From an uncultured virus (IMG/VR IMGVR_UViG_2718217636_000001) (lineage: Duplodnaviria; Heunggongvirae; Uroviricota; Caudoviricetes), in IMG/VR virus record IMGVR_UViG_2718217636_000001: 64,000 bases of DNA; one strand, written 5' to 3'. The notes under the pieces are model-generated. The model was not told the origin of the DNA and ran no database searches. It saw only the letters and a program-made list of their open reading frames with translations. Shown one piece after another: positions 1 through 7,047 of this stretch. How positions within the stretch are numbered: position 1 is the first letter of the stretch; every line of letters begins with the position of its first letter. A program made the position numbers and the translations under genes.

Positions 1-201
1 ATGACACAGAGCACAGCAAACGACGATCTCAAGGTCGAGATCGTCCGCAAGTACGTCGACGACGGCCTGAGCGTCCGCCTCACCGCCGAGGCCGTCGGCA
101 AAAGCTTCGGATTCGTCCACCGGATCCTCAAGGACGCCGGCGTCACCATGAGGTCGCGCGGCGGCGCCCGGAAGAAGCCCGCCACCGAAGCTGGCAACTA
201 G
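1..201 (+). CDS. Small helix-turn-helix protein (actinobacterial HTH family)
   Basis: GLSVRLTAEAVGKSFGFVHRILKDAGVTMRSRGG pattern. Confidence 0.75.
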   Translation: MTQSTANDDLKVEIVRKYVDDGLSVRLTAEAVGKSFGFVHRILKDAGVTMRSRGGARKKPATEAGN

Positions 202-218
202 CTGCGGAAACGCGGAAA

Positions 219-254
219 ACGCCCCGCTCCTCCCATCAGGGAGAAGCGGGGCGT
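219..254. terminator. Probable bidirectional terminator hairpin between convergent genes
   Basis: ACGCCCCGCT-CCTCCC/atca/GGGAGA-AGCGGGGCGT inverted repeat. Confidence 0.7.
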
Positions 255-268
255 ACCCGTTCAAGCGT

Positions 269-526
269 TTACCGCTGCGTGTCCGGCAGGTCTGGCCGCG
301 GCGTGTGCCGGGCCTTCCACCCGGCGACGGCCGAGAGCGCGGTCGGCACGAGCGGCAGGATGACGGCCTCCACCCAGTCCGGCAGGAACGCGATCAGCGA
401 CGGGGCGTCGGCAACGGTCTGCAGGATCGCCATGCCGGCCACGCCGGACAGGTAGGCGGTCAGCGTCATGGCCTTGACCTTGGTCTCGACCGGGCGGGTG
501 TACGTCGGCTCCGGGTCAGCGTGCAT
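269..526 (-). CDS. Holin
   Basis: 85 aa, two hydrophobic helices, VETKVKA...AGW-A-HT-R actinophage holin pattern, last gene of lysis cassette. Confidence 0.75.
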   Translation of the reverse strand: MHADPEPTYTRPVETKVKAMTLTAYLSGVAGMAILQTVADAPSLIAFLPDWVEAVILPLVPTALSAVAGWKARHTPRPDLPDTQR

Positions 527-556
527 GGTCTCTCCTTCGGGGACGAATCGAGTCGC

Positions 557-849
557 GCCAGCTGTAGTGCTGGCGTCAGGTGGTTACCGGGGCGGCAGGG
601 CGGCCCGGACGAAACAGTCCTTCGCCTCCAAGAGCTTGCGCAGCCCCACCGTCAGCTCCGTGCCGTCCGGCAGCGCGTCGATCATGGCCTGGGCCAGGTC
701 CGCAGACGGCTTGGACACCGCCTGAAGATGCGGCGGCAGATGGTCGTACTCGAAGAACCTGGCGATGGCCACCGTGGCGGGATGGCGTCCGATGACGTTC
801 AACTGCTCTCCTTCGAGGGTCGGGCCAGCGGTAGTGCTGGCATCAGGTG
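557..849. repeat. 26-bp direct repeat (557-582 and 824-849, 24/26 identical) flanking ORF 584-802
   Basis: gccagc(t/g)gtagtgctggc(g/a)tcaggtg, each with an internal gccagc/gctggc stem and a nearby ctctccttcg RBS complement. Confidence 0.85.
584..802 (-). CDS. Small helical phage protein, possible Acb2/Tad1-like hairpin (nucleotide sponge candidate)
   Basis: FEYDHLPPHLQAVSKP...LPDGTELTVGLRKLLEAKDCFVRA; RBS GAAGGAG upstream; function is inference. Confidence 0.6.
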   Translation of the reverse strand: MNVIGRHPATVAIARFFEYDHLPPHLQAVSKPSADLAQAMIDALPDGTELTVGLRKLLEAKDCFVRAALPPR

Positions 850-1661
850 AGAGCCGCCTCCCAGCAGGCGGCGTCCCACACCAGCGGATCCACGCCGACC
901 GGGATCTTGTGCTGGGACTTGAACTGCGTGACCTTCTGCACCAGGTCGGTGTCCGCCGGGTCGTAGGTCGCGTTGTGCAGGTTCGTCGGCTCGAACCCGC
1001 GCGCGAACAGGACGGCGCGCATCGTCTTCACGTGCCGGTGGCTGTCGCCGGGCTTCAGGACGGGCAGGTTCTTCACCAGGACCTCCGTAGTTCTCGGGGT
1101 GGGCTGGACAAACGCGGGCCGCGCCACGACCGGAGACGGCGGCCGCAGGGCGCCCTCCGCCACCCAGGCCGTCAGCGGCCCGCCGGGGCAGTTCGTGTCG
1201 TGGCCGTCGCGGTGCCCCCTGATGTCGGTGCCGGCATTGCCGTGCTCGCGCAGGTACTCGATGGCGTCGCGGACGGCGTGCAGCAGCAACTCGGTCGGCT
1301 CGGTGTAGCCGGAGCTGCCGACCAGGGCGAGCACGCTGTAATGCGCCCCGTCCAGGCCGGGCCCGTTGCCCTCCGGCATCGCGTACGGGCCACGGCCGAC
1401 GAACACACGCCGGTGCGGGCAGGCGATGAGGTTGTGCCCGATGTCGATCATCGGTTCGGCGCGGGCACCGGCCATGTGCTCGGCCTGGACCGCCTTGACG
1501 AGCGTGCCGCACACCTCGTGATCAGTCACGATGCGCGGATCGACGTGGCCGCCGGTGTAGTGGATCTTGACGCCCTCGGTTCCGGGGACGTGGGTGTAGG
1601 CCGTCGTGGGAGTCTCTGCCCTCCACGTGCGGCGGCTGACGAGCTTGATGCTCACGGGCAC
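843..1661 (-). CDS. Endolysin, PGRP-type N-acetylmuramoyl-L-alanine amidase with C-terminal peptidoglycan-binding region
   Basis: VSRRTW, HYTG, DIGHN, VFVGRG, GHRD, TNCPG motifs. Confidence 0.85.
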   Translation of the reverse strand: MPVSIKLVSRRTWRAETPTTAYTHVPGTEGVKIHYTGGHVDPRIVTDHEVCGTLVKAVQAEHMAGARAEPMIDIGHNLIACPHRRVFVGRGPYAMPEGNGPGLDGAHYSVLALVGSSGYTEPTELLLHAVRDAIEYLREHGNAGTDIRGHRDGHDTNCPGGPLTAWVAEGALRPPSPVVARPAFVQPTPRTTEVLVKNLPVLKPGDSHRHVKTMRAVLFARGFEPTNLHNATYDPADTDLVQKVTQFKSQHKIPVGVDPLVWDAACWEAALT

Positions 1662-1669
1662 CGCCCCTT

Positions 1670-2635
1670 CTAGCGCTTGAACATGCTGATCTTGGCCATC
1701 GTGACCTTCTCCACGACAGCGTCGCTCGAGGTGGGGTTAATGACCCTGAGCCGGAGCTGGTTCTTGGAGTTGAGCGCGAACTGGCCGCCCACGCTCGTCT
1801 CGACGCGGCCGTTGACGTCGGCCCGGAAGGACAGCCGCCAGGCGTTGTCGTCGAACTCCTTGCCGTCGCGGTCGTACCGCGACCAGGCGACGTCGATCTC
1901 AGAGCCGGGCTTCAGGCCGCGCACCTTGACCAGGCCGTCCACGATGCACCAGCGCGCGGTCGCCGCCATGATGGCGACTCCGTCCGCGCTGTGGCCGGGC
2001 GGGTCGTCGGCGTACTCGGTGTGCCAGCTCACCGCCATCTCGCCGCTGGCCGGGACGTCCTGGTCCTCACCGGCTCCTAGGGAGATCACTTCGGGCACGT
2101 CGTCCTCCTCCTGCCTGGTCGGGGTTCCGGGGTGCGTGATCAGCGCGGCCACGTGCCCCCGGAAGGTGGTCATGTTGATCGAGTGCGGGTCGGGCTTGCC
2201 GGTGTTGACCTCCCGGTGCGCCTTCACCCGCGAGGCCGGCAGGCCGAACTCTCGGCACAGCTCCGCGCACAGCGCTTCGTAGGCGTCGAGCTGCACCTGC
2301 GGCCACGCCGTCTTGCCGTCGTTCTCGGCCTCGATGCCGATCGACGTGCTGTTCATGTGCTGCGAACTGGTGGACGGCGCGTTGTGCCAGCACCGCCCGG
2401 CGGCGACGACCCAGATCCGGCCGGTGTGCTGCAGCCAGAAGTGCGACAGCGGCCCGTCCAGTCCCGGCCTGCCGTTCACCACGATGTGCCGGTCATTCCA
2501 GCCAGCGGTGTGGTGGCAGACCACGCCCTGCACGGCCTGCTGCGGCCCGTGCCCCCTGGTCTTCCACCCGCCGACCTCCGTCACCGGGTACCCCGTCTTG
2601 CGGGCGACCGAGGCGAGCTGCGTCAGCCACGGCAT
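1670..2635 (-). CDS. Endolysin, amidase_2-type N-acetylmuramoyl-L-alanine amidase
   Basis: GWKTRGH, CHHTAG, GRCWH, IGIEAEN, HRE, KPDP; ATG at 2635 with AAGGAAGGAG RBS. Confidence 0.85.
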   Translation of the reverse strand: MPWLTQLASVARKTGYPVTEVGGWKTRGHGPQQAVQGVVCHHTAGWNDRHIVVNGRPGLDGPLSHFWLQHTGRIWVVAAGRCWHNAPSTSSQHMNSTSIGIEAENDGKTAWPQVQLDAYEALCAELCREFGLPASRVKAHREVNTGKPDPHSINMTTFRGHVAALITHPGTPTRQEEDDVPEVISLGAGEDQDVPASGEMAVSWHTEYADDPPGHSADGVAIMAATARWCIVDGLVKVRGLKPGSEIDVAWSRYDRDGKEFDDNAWRLSFRADVNGRVETSVGGQFALNSKNQLRLRVINPTSSDAVVEKVTMAKISMFKR

Positions 2636-2649
2636 GGTGCCTCCTTCCT

Positions 2650-2994
2650 TCAGCTGCTCGTGAGTTGGATCAGCGCGATCACCGTGCCCGCCGCAGCGAT
2701 CAGGACGGTCACGACGGCGATGATCTGCCGCGTCCGGTCCGTCAGCTGACTGCGAGTCACCGCCTCCCGCTCCATCACGTCCACGCGCCCTTCCATCGCC
2801 GCGTACCGGGCGTCGGCTGCGGCGCGGTCCTGCTCGACGCGCTTGACCAGTTCGGCGTGCCGGTCGTCCACCCATTCCAGACGCTGCAGGATCAACGCCG
2901 TGCTGCCGTTCGTCCGCTCGAACCCAAGCTCGACCGCGCTGCGCAGCTCCGCCAACGCCAGCGCCAGATTCGGTAGCGTCTCCTCCTCGCTCAT
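2650..2994 (-). CDS. Coiled-coil protein with C-terminal TM helix (lysis-cassette membrane protein)
   Basis: MSEEETL...IIAVVTVLIAAAGTVIALI; immediately upstream of endolysin. Confidence 0.7.
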   Translation of the reverse strand: MSEEETLPNLALALAELRSAVELGFERTNGSTALILQRLEWVDDRHAELVKRVEQDRAAADARYAAMEGRVDVMEREAVTRSQLTDRTRQIIAVVTVLIAAAGTVIALIQLTSS

Positions 2995-3653
2995 ACCGGC
3001 GCCGAACCCGGCTCGGTCGGCATCCCCATGAAGGTGTCCGGCGGCTTCAGGTCGAAGTTCGGCTCCCGCGCGCTGCCCGTTGACCGAGCCCAGCTCACCG
3101 CCAGGCGGCGCGCCTCCACCCGGATCGGGTCGAGTTGCGCCGCCCGGATCGGATCCAGAGGATCGGACGGGGCCACCCGCCGCGACCCGATGAACGCCAG
3201 AGCGCTCTGCCGGTCGTCCACGCTCGCCGGCTCGATCCGGATGCGGTACTTCTTCACCGCCGCGATCCGGGTCAGATGGGCTTCCAGCCGGGTCTCGTCC
3301 GAAACGCCCGGAGTCCAGCACGTCGGCATGCCCTGCGTCACCGCGATGACCCTCGCCGACGTCGGATCCATCAGCGCGAGCGGGTCGTCCTCACGCGGGA
3401 TGTAGGACTCGTGCAGGATGACGTCGAGCAGGGTGTCCTTGTCGTCCGGGTCGATCCCGTACTCGGCCGCGCGCCATTCCAGGGTGCTGTGGGGGAACGT
3501 CTTCAGAAACCTGCTGCCGTTCTCCTTGACGACCGCGACGCCCCACAGCGGCTCGGCGCCCATCGGGTTGACCCGGGCCGGGTCGGCTTGGGCGTGGTAG
3601 ATCGGGCCGTACGACAGCTCGGCATCCCACGTGGTCCAGGTCAGTGGCATCAT
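2991..3653 (-). CDS. Tail-tip partner protein B (paralog of 6589-7047)
   Basis: ATGA-coupled to 3650-6460; FPHSTLEWRAAEYGID and DPLDPIR...DPIRV motifs. Confidence 0.7.
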   Translation of the reverse strand: MMPLTWTTWDAELSYGPIYHAQADPARVNPMGAEPLWGVAVVKENGSRFLKTFPHSTLEWRAAEYGIDPDDKDTLLDVILHESYIPREDDPLALMDPTSARVIAVTQGMPTCWTPGVSDETRLEAHLTRIAAVKKYRIRIEPASVDDRQSALAFIGSRRVAPSDPLDPIRAAQLDPIRVEARRLAVSWARSTGSAREPNFDLKPPDTFMGMPTEPGSAPV

Positions 3654-6460
3654 GCGCTCCCGTTGTGTCGATGGGCCCACCAATAGACGGCCTTGCCCGA
3701 GCGCACGCCGCCGCCCTCACCCCAGCTGATGATGAAGGCCACCTGCGTGCTGGACTCGATGCACCAGTTGAAGTTGGGGTCCAGGCTGGGGTTGCTGGTT
3801 ATCGCGCCGTCGCGCAGCACCGCGACCGGCCCCATGTTTCCCTGCATGCTGGGCCCGTAGACGATCTCGACGCCGGTCCAGCCTGAGCTGGTGATCCGCG
3901 ACCCGGCGTGGACGCCCCACGTGTTCGTCGCGAAGGTGTTGTCCCACCACTTGCCGTAGTGAGTCGTCATCCCGCTCGCGTCGAACCACATGTACTGGTT
4001 ATCGCTGGTGCCGTCGTCGTAGCCGATCCGGCTGTAGTCCTCGGCGCTCTCCAAGAACCCGCCGTTGGGGTTGCCGTTGGACGGCCGCAGTACATCCAGC
4101 TTGGTCCAGCCGGCCGCGAGGGTGAAGAACGTCCGCGCCGTGTTGCCCGGGTTGGTGCCCGAGGTGATCTCGAACGTGGCCTCGCCGGGGAACGCGTCGT
4201 CGCGGGTGTAAAGCCGGGAGTAGTTTGTGGTGCCTTGCGGGTAAAAGCGGATGTCCAAGGTGGTGGGGTCGATGACGATCCGCTGCCCGGTCGTGCCGGT
4301 GCGGATGATCGACCCCGTGATGGTCTTGCCGGAGATCGCGTCAGCGGCGATCTTCGCGGCCGTGATCGCGTTGGCGGCGATCTTGTCGGCGGTGATGGCG
4401 TTCGAGCTGATGTGGCTCGCCTCGATCGCGCCCGCGTTGATCTTGTCCGCCGTAATGGCGTTCGCGGCGATCTTGTCGGCCTCGATCGCCAGCGCCTGGA
4501 TCAGGCCGCCCGTGATCGACCCCGCCACGATCTTGGCGTTGGCGGGGATCGACCCGGCGATGATGTGCTCCGCGCCGTCGATCACCTGCCCGATCAGGTC
4601 GGCGTCCACCAGCGGCACCGTGGCGATCACCCCGGCCGCCGTGGCGGCCGACTCGTTCCCGCTCCGGTCCACCGCCGTCAGCCACACCTCGCGAGGTGCG
4701 TTGTACGGCTGATCCGGGATCACCACGACGCCGGCTGCCGTCAGATGGTCCACCTCGGCGGCAGGCGTGTCCGGGTCCAGCGGATCCCGCATCCACACCC
4801 GCACCCGATCGAAGTCCGGGGGCATCGGCACGCCGCCGTCGCCCAGCCCGTCCCACGCCACATGGATCACGCCGAGCCGCGTGGTCAGCGTCGGCGGCGA
4901 CGGCACCGGAGGAGGCGTCGCGTCGTCCGGGACGAGCACGGCGACCGGATCGCTGAACTCGCCCTTCGTGCCGTCGTTGCCGACCGCGCGCACCTTGAAG
5001 CCGTACTCGCTGTTCACGTTCAGCGGCGACACCGACGCCGACACGTCGCCCGATGCGGTCTGCGCCACCAAGAACCACAGCTCGCCTTCGGCGTTGACCC
5101 GGGCGTACACCTCGTAGCCGTCCACGTCGAGCGCCACACCGTTGACGTCCTGCGTGACCGGCCCCCACGTCGCCACGGCGAGGCCCTGCGCGTACCCGGC
5201 CGCGTCCAGGTACGCGACCGGCTCCACGATCAGGCCCTGCGGCGCGGCCGGAACCCGGCCGCTGGAGTCCGGTGCCGGCGTCGCACCCGACCCGCCCGAG
5301 GAGACGCCGCCCGCGAGGATGCCCTGCGTCTTGCGGGCAAGCTTGATGTCGTCTTCCAAGAATCGGTCGTTGAGCACGAGGTTGCCGGACAGCTTGCCGT
5401 CGCCCGCCCGCGACAGCGTGACCTGCCGGATCCGCAGCGGCTCCATGTGGCCGCCGTCGCCCGGCGCGAGCACCGTGTCGCCCGGCTGGTAGGCCGCCCA
5501 CGGCAGCCACCTGGCCACCGCGAACACCACGGCGCGGGTGATCTGCACCCGCTCCCCCGACGCGCGGTCCAGAGCGGCCTGAGCGAGCGCGGTAGCGGTC
5601 CCCTCATCGGACACCCCGCCCTGCTGCTGATAGGTCTCCCAGCGGCCCCACGGGGCGTTCGCGGAGGTGTTGGTGACCTCGTGCGTGAACCCGCCCTCGC
5701 CAGCGATAAGGATGGCGGTAGAGACGTCCTCCAGCGTGGCGTCATCTGGGGCCTGGTCGACGTCGCGGCCGAGCCGCAGGTCCACCAGGCCAGGGCCGGC
5801 CGACCGGTCCGCCGCCATCACGGTGCCCTCGTTGAACACCTCCAGCGTGCGGCCGCTCATCCGCCAGTCGATCACACCCTGATCGGAGAGGTTGAGCAGC
5901 AGCGTCAGCAGGTCAACGCCGGGTTCCAGCGCGATCGTCAGCGTCGCCGCCCACGGCTCGCCAGCGCTGTCGGTGCTGGCGGTGAACCCGGCCGTCATCC
6001 CGGCCAGCGCGCCCCGCGCCTTCGCCTCCCCGATGAGGGTCAGCAGCACCGCCCCGGCCGGGACGGCGTTGAACTGCCGCTTGCCGTCCACGAGCTGGTC
6101 GTTCGGGTAGAGCACCGCCTTCTTGAACTGCCAGGCGTAGCCGGGGCAGGTGTAGCCGCGCTTCCCCGCCTGGTCGGTGGCGTCCGACGTCCGCTTGATC
6201 CGCAGGAACCGCGCGTTGGGCGGCTCCACCCAGCCGCCGCCGGCCGAATACTCCAGCGCAACCTCGCACGGCTGCGCGAGCAGGCCAATGCCGGGCGCGT
6301 GCGAGGTGTAGTCCAGCCGCAGCGACGACACATCGTTCAGCGGCGCGCCCGCCTCGAAACCCAGCGGGAACGGCAGCAGCCCCAGCCTCGGCCCGTTCGG
6401 CTCGTACGCCACCAGCCGCACCCCGTACGACGCCGCCTCACTGGGCTCGATCACCTGCAT
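3650..6460 (-). CDS. Tail tip/hub protein B (hub-like N-terminus, Fn3-like domains, ITADKI repeats, variable C-terminus)
   Basis: 936 aa; YGFKVRAV Fn3-like motif; AITADKIAAN repeats; position after Dit. Confidence 0.8.
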   Translation of the reverse strand: MQVIEPSEAASYGVRLVAYEPNGPRLGLLPFPLGFEAGAPLNDVSSLRLDYTSHAPGIGLLAQPCEVALEYSAGGGWVEPPNARFLRIKRTSDATDQAGKRGYTCPGYAWQFKKAVLYPNDQLVDGKRQFNAVPAGAVLLTLIGEAKARGALAGMTAGFTASTDSAGEPWAATLTIALEPGVDLLTLLLNLSDQGVIDWRMSGRTLEVFNEGTVMAADRSAGPGLVDLRLGRDVDQAPDDATLEDVSTAILIAGEGGFTHEVTNTSANAPWGRWETYQQQGGVSDEGTATALAQAALDRASGERVQITRAVVFAVARWLPWAAYQPGDTVLAPGDGGHMEPLRIRQVTLSRAGDGKLSGNLVLNDRFLEDDIKLARKTQGILAGGVSSGGSGATPAPDSSGRVPAAPQGLIVEPVAYLDAAGYAQGLAVATWGPVTQDVNGVALDVDGYEVYARVNAEGELWFLVAQTASGDVSASVSPLNVNSEYGFKVRAVGNDGTKGEFSDPVAVLVPDDATPPPVPSPPTLTTRLGVIHVAWDGLGDGGVPMPPDFDRVRVWMRDPLDPDTPAAEVDHLTAAGVVVIPDQPYNAPREVWLTAVDRSGNESAATAAGVIATVPLVDADLIGQVIDGAEHIIAGSIPANAKIVAGSITGGLIQALAIEADKIAANAITADKINAGAIEASHISSNAITADKIAANAITAAKIAADAISGKTITGSIIRTGTTGQRIVIDPTTLDIRFYPQGTTNYSRLYTRDDAFPGEATFEITSGTNPGNTARTFFTLAAGWTKLDVLRPSNGNPNGGFLESAEDYSRIGYDDGTSDNQYMWFDASGMTTHYGKWWDNTFATNTWGVHAGSRITSSGWTGVEIVYGPSMQGNMGPVAVLRDGAITSNPSLDPNFNWCIESSTQVAFIISWGEGGGVRSGKAVYWWAHRHNGSA

Positions 6461-6596
6461 GCGTTGCCCCCCTCTTCAGCTCTGCTTGGAGCTGGTCAAC
6501 GGCGGTCGCCAAGACCGCGTTCTCGTAGATCAGCTCAGCGATGCGCCGCTTCAGCGCCTCCGCCACGGCGACGGGATCCACTCGCAGCTCATCCAC
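6438..6596 (-). CDS. Small coiled-coil protein
   Basis: VDELRVDPVAVAEALKRRIAELIYENAVL; overlaps both neighbours. Confidence 0.55.
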   Translation of the reverse strand: MDELRVDPVAVAEALKRRIAELIYENAVLATAVDQLQAELKRGATHAGDRAQ

Positions 6597-7047
6597 CAGC
6601 GCCCCCCGCCAGCAGCGAGTCTCTCTGCAGCCGGATCGTGGCCACCCGCACCGGATCCACCCGCACCCGCTCGCGCAGCACCTGCAGCGGATCCGCGGCG
6701 GCCCTCGCCAGCCCGTTCGCGGGCGCGGCCACCACCTCGGCGTACCGCTTCTTGCACCCCTCGACCTGGTCGCGGATCCGGGCCCGCGCGGTGGCCACGT
6801 CGTCCGCCAGCACCGGCAACACACCGTCGTGGCCGTCCGCGCGCATCAGGTGCAGCAGCGGCGTATACAGCAGGACCTCGATCGCCTCGTCGAGGCTGTC
6901 GAGGCCGTGTTCGGCCATGCGGATCTCGAAAGCGTCCTTCGGCCAGGACGCCGCGAACGGCTGCCCGTCGCCGACCGGCTCGTAGTGGATGAGCCACGTC
7001 TCCGGCTCCTCCGTCACGCTGGTGATCCGCCACTGCGCCACTGCCAT
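6589..7047 (-). CDS. Tail-tip partner protein A (paralog of 2991-3653)
   Basis: Coupled to 7047-9803; WPKDAFEIRMAEHGLD and DPLQVLR...DPVRV motifs. Confidence 0.7.
   Translation of the reverse strand: MAVAQWRITSVTEEPETWLIHYEPVGDGQPFAASWPKDAFEIRMAEHGLDSLDEAIEVLLYTPLLHLMRADGHDGVLPVLADDVATARARIRDQVEGCKKRYAEVVAAPANGLARAAADPLQVLRERVRVDPVRVATIRLQRDSLLAGGAGG

Noticed and set aside
3908..6985. 1025-aa plus-strand ORF, and similar ones (11441-14533, 21487-24114, 28024-30393, 53760-55655)
   Set aside because: Antisense shadows of real minus-strand genes in high-GC DNA; Arg/Gly/Pro-rich with no motifs.
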